DNA of 64,000 bases from Felis catus (Eukaryota), in assembly GCF_018350175.1 (NCBI RefSeq), contig NC_058369.1, positions 5,086,001 to 5,150,000 on the forward strand. The letters run 5' to 3'. A model generated the notes under the pieces. The model ran no database searches, was not told where the DNA came from, and was given only the letters and a program-made list of their open reading frames with translations. Within the stretch, counting starts at the first letter, position 1, and each line of letters opens with the position of its first letter. Below, one piece after another: positions 22,660 to 35,742 of this stretch. The position numbers and the translations under genes were made by a program.

Positions 22660-23575
22660 ATTCCAGAGCAAAGGGGAAAATGTCTGCTTTTCTATACTCA
22701 CAGTCTCAGCCGAGCGTGTGGGTTTTTCCCCACATCTACGCAGTTCTGCAATTCTCCCCTCTCAGCTGGCTGTCATGCAGTTCAGTTCATTTCTGACACT
22801 GCCCACCCAGAGATGACTGCAGTCCCCACCGGTTAGGGGTCGGTTCCCAGGAGACTGCCAATGTCCGGTCCAGGCTTCCAGGACTTCCCACCGACCGGCT
22901 GTAAATTAGAGGTTCCCACAACGTCGTCCCCAGTTTGCTAACACAGACTCCCAGAATGCAGGAAAATGGTTTACTTAGGAGATTACCAGTTCATTATAAA
23001 AGGGCATTTCAGGGAGTCAGAATTCCCGTCCCCTTCTAGGTCCTTCTAGGGGAGCTAAGAATCAGATTGACACGACACAGAGTGAGAGGAGAAAAGTCAA
23101 ATTGGATTTTGTGTGTGGGGGGACGCCACCCAGACGCGGAAATCCCAAGACAGTCGGGCAAACGGAGGCATGTACGTCATTCTGAACCAAGGGGAAGGGA
23201 GCAGTGGTGTGGGACTTGAAAGGGAAGCAAGGCACTTGTCTGGAAGATGAAGAAGAGGAAATCTTTGGTACACATGTTTGCTGGGCCACTCAAAAGCCGT
23301 GGGTCACAGAGGATTTGATCAAACAGGACTTGCTAGGTTCCTCTGTGTCCGTGGTACTTCGTTCGTAGACTAACGGACGTGTCTGTGCTGACAGCTCTTT
23401 GCCCCCAGCAGGTGCTCTGTCCGGATCCGTTTGGGGCAGTTTCTTTTTTTTTTTTTTTTGGTCGGGTGGGGCGGGGGGGGGGAAGATAAAGAGTTTGGAT
23501 TGCTTTTTAACCCAAAATAGTCTTGACACCAAAGTGGCCCATTTTGGAGCAGCCCGCCCTGGGACTGTCACCTGC
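22660..23575. mobile_element. Probable old ERV-type LTR fragments
   Basis: LTR-like motifs (cagttcatttctgacact, ggtttactta..ccagtt, caaagtggcccatttt); family not resolved by eye. Confidence 0.4.
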
Positions 23576-23676
23576 TGAAAAGTCACAGGATGGGGGAAAG
23601 AGTGGCCTCAGTATGACAACGTGGGGGCTCAAGCATAGGGGCCGTGTGGACCTCTCTCCCTGATGTGTCCTGACAG

Positions 23677-23793
23677 GTACGCTGGCCCCATGGAGCGCGC
23701 CGGGGCAGAAAGTATCCTCACCAACCGCTCGGATGGGACGTTCTTGGTGCGGCAGCGGGTGAAGGACTCAGCAGAATTTGCCATCAGCATTAA
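23677..23793 (+). CDS. VAV1: VAV1 exon 23 (SH2) YAGPMERAGAESILTNRSDGTFLVRQRVKDSAEFAISI(K)
   Basis: gacag| ... |gtaact; 117 nt; SH2 FLVR motif. Confidence 0.97.
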   Translation, partial: VRWPHGARRGRKYPHQPLGWDVLGAAAGEGLSRICHQH

Positions 23794-24121
23794 GTAACTC
23801 CTCCCACCCCTGACTCGCTGTGATTTGGGTGCTGCAGGAAGGAGCCTGGGAGGAAGGGAAGGAACTATCCTGACAGCCATCTCTCACTGAGCCCTGTGGC
23901 GTCCTGGGTGTTTTTGTCCGTCTTATTCCTTTTACTTGACTGACACCTACAAGAAAACGATATGTCTCCAAGACAGTCTCCAAAAGGCATTTAGCTCATC
24001 CTAGTGAGAGGCAGAAATGCCACCTGGACCCAAGGCTAGTGGGTCCCTTCACTCATGTCTGTCTGTTGTGTGAGCTTCTCACTCACGGTGACTTGTTTCC
24101 TGGTTGGTTTTGCAATTTTGT

Positions 24122-24366
24122 CTTTTTTTCCTTAAGTTTATTTATTTAGAGAGAGAGAGGGAGTGGGGGAGGGGCTGAGCATTTATTTATTTAGAGAGAG
24201 AGAGTTGGGGAGGGGCTGAGCAAGAGGGAGAGAGAGAATCCCAAGCAGGCTCTGCACTGTCAGCACAGAGCCCGACACGGGGCTCTATCCCACGAACCGT
24301 GAGATCGTGACCTGAGCCAGAATCAAGAGTCGGATGCTTAACCAACTGAGCTGCCCAGGCGCCCCT
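24122..24366 (-). mobile_element. CanSINE with ~42-bp internal tandem duplication
   Basis: tttatttatttagagagag...ggggctgagc occurs twice (24138-24180, 24181-24221). Confidence 0.85.
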
Positions 24367-25348
24367 GAAATTTCGTCTTGTGATCTCGGGTGGGGCTTTC
24401 CTGGTGGCAGTCTTCTGCTGCTTGGGTCTCCAGAGATTTTGCATTTGTTTTCATTGGGGTCACCAACAGGTGGATTTGTTTTTAGGTTAATTCTTTAGCT
24501 TCCCAGGCTGTACATGTGGTTTAAGTTCAAACACCAAAACCTGCACGAGGGCAGGTCTGAGGTTCTGAATTCACAAGGGTGGCTTTTCTGTGTCGAGTCT
24601 GAGACAGACCTTTTTTATTGGCCGTCTGTGGTTTTGCATCCACAGGTTTGTGGATGCAAAGGGTTTTCATTTTGCAAGGATGTAGCATTTGACCGTCCAG
24701 GCTTATGGGGTGTAGGCAGGTCTCACTGCTAACTCCACCTCCATGGACCCAGTAACTCATCCCATGTCTCTGTGGGGTCATCAAGGCATAAGATACTTGG
24801 TGACCAAGATAAACAAACCCTGTAGGGTAGCAGTTCACGCAATAAGCTTGGTGTTTAGTTTCAACCTCATTTCTGGCCACTGGGAATTTCCCTTGCTTTT
24901 TTGAGAGCTCAGCATTTTTTTTTCTCATCATTTCTAGTTTTCTGGAGTCAGATTTTTGTTGTTGTTGTTGTTGTTATCTAGGTTTCCTTGTTGGCAGATG
25001 TGAATATCTCTTCCATGCCCTTACTGATCTGCGGTCTGCCATCTTGGTGGAAATGGGTCTCTTTTCCCATCCTATAGATTCTAGGTCCTTCATCTTGGGG
25101 GAAGGATAGATCTCATCTTCTCTGTTATAGAACGTGTCTTTCTTTACAAGATCTTTGTGCCTTCTTAACAACCCTCTGAATCAGGGAAGGTGATTCAGTG
25201 GTCTTGCCCTCCCTGAATTTGTCAAGATTGTGCCTTCCATGGTTGGGGGTGTATAGACTGGGGCTAACACCTGGCAGGGGACAGATGAGCTTGGGTCCCC
25301 AGCCTCAGGGCCCAGTGACCATCCGGACCTCTCTCTCACTGCTTCCAG

Positions 25349-25436
25349 GTATAATGTTGAGGTCAAACACATTAAAATCATGACAGCAGAAGGATTGTAC
25401 CGGATTACAGAGAAGAAGGCTTTCCGGGGGCTTACG
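25349..25436 (+). CDS. VAV1: VAV1 exon 24 (SH2) YNVEVKHIKIMTAEGLYRITEKKAFRGLT
   Basis: tccag| ... |gtaagg; 88 nt. Confidence 0.96.
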
Positions 25437-26548
25437 GTAAGGGCCAATCTACCCCATCCCCAGTCTCCCAGCATCGAGGCAGGGCCCTCCCTGAAGCTCC
25501 ATCTTGGGACGCCCCCCCCCCCACCTTCACACACTCAGAGAAGCCTCTCAAAGAACACTGTGAAACAATTGGCTTTCAACTCATTCCCCTGATGGCTGAT
25601 GATGAATGACAATGAGCATTTACTGAGCACTTAGTGCCAGACATGCTGTAGAAAGAACTCCAGTGTTCCCTTAAGTCACTGTGGGACATCCCATTTCACA
25701 TGCAGGTAAAATCGATGTTTTGTCCTTACCTTGTGTCACAGAAGAGCATTGGTCTTGTTTCAAGACCTCATCTGTTCAATGATCTTTTCACTGGAGAATT
25801 CAAATGCCTGTTTGGTGCCTTGTAATTTTGGGCAATCTTTTAGACATTTTAAGCCCATGGGTCTAAGACACACGGATGTTACCTACGGTCTGTGGATCCC
25901 TGCCGAGCTTTGGGTCCTCTGGTAGAACATCCAGAATTTTGCACATACCTGAATGTGTTTTTCTTGGAGGCGAGGGTCTCAGATTTCACTCGATCCTCCA
26001 ACGGATCCTTGGCTTCCTAAAAGGTTAGGGACTGTTAATTTATTCTACAATTTTTTTTTCCTCCCCCAAACTTGTTTCTGAAAATTTTGCTCCTCATTTT
26101 TTTTTTTTTTAATTTCTGAAAAATTTCCAAAAAGTTACTGGAATAGTGAGAGGAACATTCATGAATCTTTCATGTACATTTACTAATTGTTACCTCTTTT
26201 GTGCCCTCTGTTAATCCCTCCCCGTCCCCTACACACATTTAATCTGCTATATATAAGGGTAAGTTGCAGGCGTCAAGACCCTTCTTCAAAAAATACTTTA
26301 GCATGAATATCCATAAGAGCTAAGACATTCTTGTACCTCATCACAGTATCATTATTATACCCAGGAAGTTGAGCATTGCTGCAAAATTTATGTAATATGC
26401 AGTCCAATTTCCAAACTCTCTGATGGCCCCATATATATCTTTTATAGCTCTATTTTTCCTCCAGGATATAATTAAGGATCACACATTGCATTTAGCTTTG
26501 GTCTCCTTAGTCTCTTTTCATTTGTAATAGTTTGTCAGTCTTTCTAAA

Positions 26549-26585
<37 letters not shown>

Positions 26586-27254
26586 CTTTTTCTTTTTTTT
26601 TTTTTTTTGGTCTTTCATAATACTGGCATTTTTGAAATCTAGAACTCCAAACCATGAGACATTTTGTTTTGTCTTAGCCACTACATTCTATTGCCCCTTT
26701 CCTCCAGGGGACTGTATTCTGGATCTGCCCTTTTCCAGATATGAGACCCTGGACAAGGAACTTGGCTTCTCTGTGACTCAGTTTCTCCATTTTTTAAATG
26801 GGGGAATCATGAATATATTCCTTTCACGGTTATTAGGACATTCTGATGATGTGTGATTGCACACTGACCAGCACATAGTAGGTGTTCAATAAACAGAATT
26901 ATTATTCTTATTATAATAATTAATTATACAAATAAGGTTCTTGATATCCATGGGGGGGGGGTTGATTTTGGTGAGCTGGGTATCAGGCAAGTTGATTATT
27001 TGTTAAATTTATTATCAAGTGAGTTGGCTGTTAAGAGAACCAGCTTTAGGCAATGTGATCTCTTCCCCATAAAACAGCCCTGGTTGCTCAGGAAGGGAAT
27101 GAGCCCCCCGTCATGGGGAACAGTCCAGGAGTCTCTTGCCAGGGAGGTCAGAAGAGGGATCTGCTGCACCCGAGGAGTTAGCTGTAACCCCTTCCAGCCC
27201 TGGCCCCTCATGGGCTGGTCCACTGGCAGAGCTTCCGTCCCTCTGTCCCTCCAG

Positions 27255-27369
27255 GAGCTGGTGGAATTTTACCAGCAGAATTCCCTGAAGGACTGCTTCA
27301 AGTCTCTGGACACCTGCCTGCAGTTCCCCTTCAAGGAGCCTGAGAGGAGAGCCATCAGCAAACCACCAG
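27255..27369 (+). CDS. VAV1: VAV1 exon 25 (SH2 end/linker) ELVEFYQQNSLKDCFKSLDTCLQFPFKEPERRAISKPP
   Basis: tccag| ... |gtagag; 115 nt. Confidence 0.96.
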
Positions 27370-27734
27370 GTAGAGGTCAATATCAAGCGCTAATGAGTAT
27401 CTGTAACCTTCTCCCACAAAAAGGCAAAATTGTCTCTCTCACCCGTAGGTTCACTGACATTATCTGGGATGTTGGATACAGTGTGCTGTGAACTAAAATA
27501 ATTACAACATATGCTTAAGGAACTTTTTCTTAACGATTGCATTTGACTTCTCAAATACAATATCAAGAATTATTTAGCCAGTGTCTGTATTTCTTGTTGT
27601 CCATATTTTTCTTTATTTTTTAAATTCCTTACTCTGATCCACATTTCATTTTGCTGGAGTGCATCCTGAAGTTTCTGAATTCTTATACATCCAGAATTTT
27701 TTTTAAAAAGAGGGATTTAAAAATTAATTATTGT

Positions 27735-27955
27735 GGGGCGCCTGGGTGACTCAGTCAGTTGAGCATCCGACTTCGGCTCAGGTCGTGATCTCACGGTCTG
27801 TGGGTTCGAGCCCCGCGGCGGGCTCTGTGCTGACAGCTGAGAGCCTGGAGCCTGCTTCCGATCCTGTGTCTCCCTCTCTCTCTGCCCCTCCCCCACTCTC
27901 ACTTTGTCTCACTCTGTCTCTCAAAAATAAATAAATGTACAAAAAATTTTTTTAA
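27735..27955 (+). mobile_element. CanSINE
   Basis: TSD aaattaattattgt. Confidence 0.9.
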
Positions 27956-28557
27956 ATTAATTATTGTTAAAATATTACGTTTTTGAAAAAGCAGCAGCAA
28001 CATGACATCAGGACTCCAATCCTTAATGGAGGATCCCCATCACCCAGTGAAATAAATGTATCTGTCTGCACATTGCTGATTTGCCCTGATGTATACACGG
28101 ATCTCAGCACATTTGCAGAAATACCACAAAGTAGTTTTACATTCCACAGTGTTGCTTAATATTTTACTATGAAAAGTTTACTATGAAAAGTTCCCCCCCC
28201 CCCCGTTCATCTTTCTTTTATTCCTCTTTTACTACCCTTGGTCCTCTTGAGGATAATTAATATTAACAGCGTAAAATGAATTTTTCCATAGCTTTCCTCT
28301 GTTTCTTTCATTATAGATATAGAGAAACCATTAAAAAATACATAAATGGCATTATTTTCTAAATGTGGATACTGGTGGGGCTGGAAAGATGATTCCAGAA
28401 GTACAGTTGTGTCCTCTCAGGGCATCTAACCCTCTGCACAAAGAAGCATTGAGGGACTTTCCATCCTCCTGTTACCTTCCTGAAAGCAGACTGTCCCCAG
28501 ATGGGGGGTGGGTATCTGCTCCAAGCCCTTTGCCCACTTCTGCTCTCCCCTACACAG

Positions 28558-28709
28558 CAGGAAGCACGAAGTATTTTGGTACAGCCAAAGCACGCTATGA
28601 CTTCTGTGCCCGGGACCGATCAGAGCTGTCCCTCAAGGAGGGTGACATCATCAAGATCCTTAACAAGAAAGGTCAACAAGGCTGGTGGCGAGGGGAGATC
28701 TATGGCCGG
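28558..28709 (+). CDS. VAV1: VAV1 exon 26 (C-SH3) (A)GSTKYFGTAKARYDFCARDRSELSLKEGDIIKILNKKGQQGWWRGEIYGR
   Basis: cacag|cag tandem acceptor (alternative start 28561); |gtgagt donor; 152 nt. Confidence 0.95.
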
Positions 28710-29739
28710 GTGAGTCGGGGTGAATCTTGGCAGCCTGGGGAAAGGGCATGGGGGTGACCTGGCTATAGTGGAGGCGTGCTGGAATTGTGGAAGGGAGCAG
28801 GTGGGGAGGTCTTCCCTGGTCAGAGGGGAGGAGAGGACATAAAGATTTCATTCCTTCACATAACTTGCATTTATTTCCTGAAAGCCTGCTACATGTCGAG
28901 CATTCTTCTGGGTGCTGAGGAGACAAAAATGAGGGCTGTTCAGGCACTGTCCTCATGAAACTCATAGTCTAGTGAAGACACTAGACTTGTAACCAAGCAG
29001 GTACAATGCTGAGTGGTCAGGGTTGAGATGGGGAATCACAGGGCAGGATGGGAGCAGGTCAGAAGCACTTCAGAGAGGCCAAGGTTTTCCCTGAGGGATG
29101 AGTGAAGTTAGCCAGGTGAGAAGATCATAGAGGGGGTGGTGGGAAGTATTCCAGGCAGAGACCAGCATGTGCAAAGGCCCTGAGGTGAGAGAGTGGTTGG
29201 CATGTTTGGGGGACACGGAGGGAGGGATTTTTGTCTATCTTGTTAACTGCGGGGTCACCAGTGCCTGGAACAGCGTGTGGCACATAAATATTGAATGCAT
29301 GAAGAGGCATAATTGGAACTGACCACTCTTGCCTTTTGTGCTTTTTTGCCTGCTTGAATTCGGACTGTCAGGAGGGACCTCTAACAAACGAAGTTCATTT
29401 CTACCTGGTTCTTATTTTTGTCTCACAAAGGCAGGGAGTCTTCTTTATTTAACCCATGAATGAATTCCTAGTCTCTAGAACACTGCCTCGCTTGTAATGG
29501 TTTCTCAAAAATATTTGTTGAATGATGATAAGGACACTGGTCAGGAGCTTATGTTCTACCAGTGGTGGGGGGGGACATACATGAAAAAACAGCCTGGATA
29601 ATTGCTTAGGTGAACATTTTTTTTTTTTTTAAGAATTGTGGAAGGTAAGTTCAGTATGCAGCGGAGGACAGTTGGGGTTTGAGAGAGCCTTTTGGGGGTA
29701 TATGGGAAAGTGTGGGCTATGATGAATTCACCCATCATT

Positions 29740-30178
29740 GTATCCATCCACCCATCCGTGCACCATCCATCCATCCACCCATCAATCCACCCATCAATCC
29801 ATCCATCCATCCCACTACCCCTCTGCTCATCCATCCATCCATCCACTCACCCGCCCATCTACCCATCTGTGTCCCCACCCACCCGTCCACGCATCCATCC
29901 ATCCATCCATGCGTCTGTCCATCCGTCCATCCATCCATCCATCCTTTTAAGAAATATTTATTGGGGCGCCTGGGTGGCGCAGTCGGTTGGGCGTCCGACT
30001 TCAGCCAGGTCACGATCTCGCGGTCCGTGAGTTCGAGCCCCGCGTCGGGCTCTGGGCTGATGGCTCGGAGCCTGGAGCCTGTTTCCGATTCTGTGTCTCC
30101 CTCTCTCTCTGCTCCTCCCCCGTTCATGCTCTGTCTCTCTCTGTCCCAAAAATAAATAAACGTTGAAAAAAAAAAAAG
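29740..30178 (+). repeat. Degenerate (CCAT)n tract (29740-29945) followed by young CanSINE (29963-30178)
   Basis: Visible repeat; SINE TSD aagaaatatttatt. Confidence 0.9.
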
Positions 30179-30642
30179 AAATATTTATTAATCTCTGTGT
30201 GCCAGAACTATTCTAGGCTCTTGGGAATCTAACGAATAATACAGACAGGAATCCCTGCCCTTGGGGAGCTCATGTGGTAGCGGGGGTATGGAGACAGACA
30301 ACAAGCTAATAAATAAGTAACGTATATAATGAACAAGATGCTGACAATTGCTATGGAGAAAAATAAAGCCAAGAATAGGGATAAGGGGTGTTGAGGTGGG
30401 TGGGGTTTGCAGTTTTAAATGAGGTCAGGAAGACCTTATGAATAGGGTGACATATGATAGAGAGCTCTCTGGACGGCGGGGTGAGGGGGGTCAGCCATGT
30501 ATACCTCTGGGGGATGTACTTTCTGAGGTAGAAGGTGTGGCAGGTGCAAAGGTCCTGAGGTGAGAGGGAACCTGCCCGGTGTGTTGGGGAACAACGGGGA
30601 ACGTGCAGAGGCTGTCCTAACCACTTCCTCCTCTCTCTCCAG

Positions 30643-30696
30643 GTTGGCTGGTTCCCCTCCAACTACGTGGAGGAAGATTACTCTGAATACTGCTGA
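30643..30696 (+). CDS. VAV1: VAV1 exon 27, coding part VGWFPSNYVEEDYSEYC*
   Basis: tccag| acceptor; SH3 GWFPxNYV motif; TGA at 30694-30696. Confidence 0.97.
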   Translation, partial: VGWFPSNYVEEDYSEYC

Positions 30697-30929
30697 GCTT
30701 GGTGCACTGGCCAAGAGACGAGAAACTCCAGGCTCTGAGCCCAGGATGAGCAGGCAGCAGGGCCAGGGGGCTGTGACAGGTCCCACGGGCTGAGCACCGG
30801 TATGGATGGTGGAGGGCCAGCGTCCAGCTGGCAGGGCTCCTGGGATGATGCTCTGCCACGGTTAATTTATAACACACCGATTTCCTCCTGGGGCCCCTCG
30901 AGAAGGCGGGGCTCGAGGCAACAGCTTTT

Positions 30930-30935
30930 AATAAA
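30930..30935 (+). terminator. VAV1: VAV1 polyadenylation signal AATAAA
   Basis: First AATAAA after the stop, ~235 nt into the 3' UTR. Confidence 0.8.
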
Positions 30936-32465
30936 ATGTCGAAAGGAAGGACTGTAGTCGTTCAGGACGACGGGGAAGGGTGGGAGAGGACATGGGACAC
31001 CGATGAAAGCCCTCTCCCCGATCCCTACCTCCCAGCTTTATCTTACCGTGCCATTTAAAATAAGACCCGACGAAAGAAATGGGGCCCCCATGAGGCAGGG
31101 AAGAATTTTACACTCACAGATTCCAGATCGCAAAAAGTGTTAACTCTGCTTTGTTTTTGTCTGTGCTGGACCTTCATCACTCTCCGATTCTGCTAAGAGG
31201 TGGAGACCTCATGTTAGTCCGTTTCCCCCCAAGATTCCAGGGCCTTTGGCACTGGGGTGTTGGGCAGACAGCTGGTACTTGGAGGTTCCCTATCTCAGTG
31301 CCATCTGCAGACAGATGTCTTTGCTTTTGCTTCACCTCTGTTTCCTCTATGTCTTCTGTGTCTCCCTTGGCACACGCAAGACATCTGGCCGTTTGTCCGG
31401 AAATGCCGAGTGGAACCACTGTACTTCTTGGTTTATCTGCAACAGTCCTGGTGTATTTATTAATCACGACCCTTTTCACTCTTCAAAGGGTCCTGGTTTG
31501 GGTGACAGATTGTACGGTCACTGTCTTAGGTTGGGCTTTTCCAGAAGCAGAGCCTGAGACAAGGATTTGGGTGCGCAAAGTTAATCCGGCAGGTGATCCC
31601 AGGAAGTAGCCAGAAGGGAGAGAGAAGAGAGAAGGGAAAAGGAAGGAGGCAGTACAGGGAGCCCTGATGGGCAGGTGACAACTGTGGGCTTTGGGGGCTT
31701 ACTCTTGTTGGGGATCCCTGGAGGTCTGCGTAGGACATGCGTTGCAGTTGAAGGACAAAGAGCTGGGGTGTGTGTTCGCCAACGTCTATCAGTCATTGAT
31801 CGAGAACAGCTTGTATCTGGGTGGTGCGTGTGCTGATGGCTGGAGGACCACAGGTGTTTCTGGAGCTGCTGACCTGTTGGGTATTGTCAGTACTGAGGAA
31901 CTGTGGGTGGGGTGCTCACAGTGCCTGCGTGCAGCCATCCCTACCCAACAGGTGCCACGTGCAGGGTGCGGGGGAACGTCTGCAGGGCTTGCTAAACCCT
32001 GGGTTCCATAGGGCTCCAGGGAACCTTCTTCCTCCCGTATCACCCTGAAGCCACCTAAACAGGGGTGTGCGGATAGGATACAGGGATGCTTCTCTGGACC
32101 TGTTTCTTCTCCCCCACCTTGGGGAGCCACGAACTATCTTGTTGCAGGAAAAGTAGCTTCAGCGTGGTGAATGCTCTTCCACAATACATGGCCAGATTTT
32201 TTTTTCTTTTAATTTTTAGACTTACTTAAAAAAAATTGTGGCAACATTTACATCATATAAAATTAACCACCCTAACCAGTTTTACGTGCACCATCCAGTA
32301 CTGTGGTGTATATTAATTGTGCAAGCAATCTCCAGAATTTTTCATCTTGCAAAATGAAAACCCTGTCTCCTTTAAGCAACAACTCCCCAGTCCTTCCTCC
32401 CTCCAGCCCCTAGAACCCGCTATGGCCAGACTTTTATCAGGACTCCTTTGGGGCTTAGATTTTTT

Positions 32466-32726
32466 TAATATATATAATCTCTAAGTTTTATTTATTTATT
32501 TATCTATTTATTTATTTATTTACTTTCAATAGATGAAGTTTATTGTCAAATTGGTTTCCATACAACACCCAGTGCTCATCCCAAAAGGTGCCCTCCTCAA
32601 TACCCATCACCCACCCTCCCCTCCCTCCCACCCCCCATCAACCCTCAGTTTGTTCTCAGTTTTTAAGAGTCTCTTATGCTTCGGCTGTCTTCCACGCTAA
32701 CCTCTTTTTTTTCCTTCCCCTCCCCT
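32466..32726 (-). mobile_element. 5'-truncated felid-type L1 3' end
   Basis: Reverse complement of the L1 tail at 40360-40535; TSD ggggcttagattttt at ~32449 and ~32727. Confidence 0.85.
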
Positions 32727-32787
32727 GGGGCTTAGATTTTTGAGGCTCAAAAGCCAAGATGCAAAATCTCTAAAAAAGGCTTTTGAA

Positions 32788-33009
32788 GTTTTTTTTTTAA
32801 TGTTTTATTATTTATTTTTGAGAGAGAGAGAGAGAGACAGAGCATGAGTGGAGGAGGGGCAGAGAGAGAGGGAGACACAGAATCTGAAGCAGGTTCCAGG
32901 CTCCGAGCTGTCAGCACAGAGCCCGATGCAGGGCTCGAACCCACAAACTTTGAGATCGTGACCTGAGCCGAAGCCAGACGCTCAACCGACTGAGCCACCC
33001 AGGCGCCCC
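32788..33009 (-). mobile_element. CanSINE
   Basis: TSD ctaaaa(a/g)aggcttttgaa. Confidence 0.9.
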
Positions 33010-34261
33010 ACTAAAAGAGGCTTTTGAAACTCAAAAGCCAAAAAGCTGTTTGGGTTTTTTTGTAACTCTCCTGAAGGTTGCAGAAATAACCCTTTGGAGG
33101 CTGGGGAAGGGCCATGGGCTATATGTTGATTTGGGGGGAAACAGTTAATACTTCTGACTGTCACCCACTGCACACTAATAACAGAGGCAGCCCTCCTGTC
33201 AAACATGCAACGTGGCCTGATGCCACAACCAGCTCTGGGGACAGTGGAGCTGCATGGCCAGGACTCCGGGGAGATCCTCAGGTCAGTTTTGGTCCTGGAA
33301 GATTAGCTGTAACACTTTGGGAAAGTGACTTCACTTCTCTGAACTAGAGGAAGATGAGAAGTCACCTGTCCGAGGGTGTGGACTTGTCCAGCGATGAGGT
33401 GCAAAGCCACCCTCTTACCCATCACTCCCGCGGCTGGTGGGGACCGTAGATTTCCTAGTTCTGTCTTCAAGCAGAGGAAACCAGGGCCCAGACACCTGTG
33501 CACACCTGGCCAGGTGCGGGATCTGGACACCGGAGTCGGAAGCATCTTCTGTGTTTGAAGGACCATGTAGCTGGGAGTATTGGAGTCCCAGAGGTCAGGA
33601 CCATGTGGGGGTTTTCTGCCCTCCCCCATGACTCACCCCCTGAGCCATGCCATGAATTTGCTTCAGGTGGCTACCTGGGCTAATTCAATGGTGTCGATGA
33701 GGTTGAGGTTATGAACTTGTTCTTGGAGGTCCTAAGCATCACCGTCCTCCAGCCACAGGCTGAGCTTCGACCCCCAGTGATGCCTTGGGCTCTCACCCCA
33801 GACCTGGGGGTCTTTACGGTACAAGCTGTAAAGTCAGTCACTTCAGGCCACGTGTTCTGCAGTAACGAGTGACTTTCCAATCTCCGTGTCTTACAAACAA
33901 CTCCTGGATGTATTAGCTTCGACTGTGCTGAAGAAGTTTCCGGAAGGAGAAGACACTGTTTGAGACATACCAGGCTCAGGATACACGAGGCTCATGGCAG
34001 AAAGAAAGGAGAGATGTCAGGACCACTCAGTGGCTCTCAGAGTTTCTTCTGGAGAATGGAAGAACCACTTCCTTGTGCACTGCGCTGGCTAAAGCAGGTT
34101 GAACAACTAAGAGTGACGTTAACAGGGCAGGAATGTTTAATCCTCACACAGAGAGAGGTGTGAGTATTTGGAGCAAAGCGAGAATCGACCAGAGAGACCT
34201 TTAAATCATTCATTCATGATTCATTCACTTGTGTTTGTGATAAGCAGTTAATGACACCTGC

Positions 34262-35742
34262 TGTTATGGGGTAACCTACATCCCCTCCCAAATCAGGAGC
34301 TGACGCGTCCTAAGCAGGACCTCAGAATGTGACTGTATTTGGAGATAAAGTGTTGATAGTGGTGACTGAATCAAAACAAAGTCGTTAGGGTGGGCCCTAA
34401 TCCAATGTGACCTGTGTCCTTGGAAGTATGGGGACACAGACATTCACGGATCATCGGTGAACCAAAGAGAGCAACCCCCAGAAAGAACCAAGCCAGCTGA
34501 CATTTGATCTTGGACTTCTGGCCTCTGTGAGACAACACGCCTCCGTTGCATAAGCTGGCCTGTCTGTGGCACTTTGTTACGGCAGCCTGAGCAAACGCAT
34601 ACACCAGCTTTGTGCCCTGTGACCGAATCGGGCACAGACCTGCCTGCAAAGTGCATATGATCTAACGGGGACTCTTCATCAGCTAGGTGATCAGAACACA
34701 CAGTGACGTGTTTCATACTGAGGGACGCGAGGGGTTATGGGAAAAGAGACAGACATAGCTCATCCAGTCTTGGGGTGAGGGGATAGTCAGGGAGGGCTTC
34801 CTGGAGGAGGGAACATCTAGGGTGGTACTTGAACAATGAGCTGGAGTATTTAAGAAAAATGCAGGGACATTTCTTAAGGGAGAGGTGCAAGTGAGGGTGT
34901 GCTTTGTGGATTCTGGGAACTGGTTTGCTTTTCTTAGGAGGGAAGGGAGAGAGCGGGGCTGGAGTTAAGTGTCAAACTGAGCCCAGGTCAGGCCCGGTGT
35001 GGGACCTATCTTCTTACGTGTCCCCCAGAGGGGCCAGGAAAGGAGAGCCTGTGGCTGGCTTCCTGAAGACACGTGCCGGAGGAGGTGGTGAGGATGAGGG
35101 GCCTCAGGTGAGCCCCGGAGGGGCCTGCTGATGGTTGGGGAGCTGGGTTCGAGGGCACAGCTCTCATCCCCTCTGCTGGTGCAGAAAGGTTACACACAGC
35201 AGCCCCCCAATGTCCTGGTTCTCTAATGCTGGCAATCAATTGCGTCTGGCTGCCTGGGGATGCATACACACACTTGTGCACGAGTGCACACACACACACA
35301 CACACACACACACTCTATCAGCTTGTTTGGGCTGCTGTAACAAAGAACACAAACGGGGTGGCTTAAACAACAGAAATTTACTGTCTCAGTTCTGGAGGCC
35401 GGAAGTCCAAGATCAAGGGGGTGCTCGGTCTGGAGATGCCCGAGAAGGATTTGTTCCAGGGCGCCTCTCTGAGCTTCTGGAAGCTTCTTGGCTCATGGCC
35501 GCACAACCCAGTGTTCACATGCCATCCTGCCTGTGTGCATGTCTGTGCCCAAAGTTCTTTTTCTTATGGGGACACCAGTCAGGCTGGATTAGGGGCCCAC
35601 CCTGCCTCCAGAAGGACCTCAACTTAACTGGTTATATCCGCAAAGACCCTATTTCCACATAAGGTCATGTTCTGAGGTGCTGGGGGGCTGAGGGCTTCAC
35701 CATGTGGATTTGGGGGAGGATGTAATTCCGTCCGTATCACAG
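34262..35742. mobile_element. Two MLT1-like MaLR LTRs in opposite orientation (~34262-34605 and ~35315-35742)
   Basis: cctcagaatgtgactgtatttggagat / atttccacataaggtcatgttctgagg; gggccctaatcca / ggattaggggccc. Confidence 0.7.
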
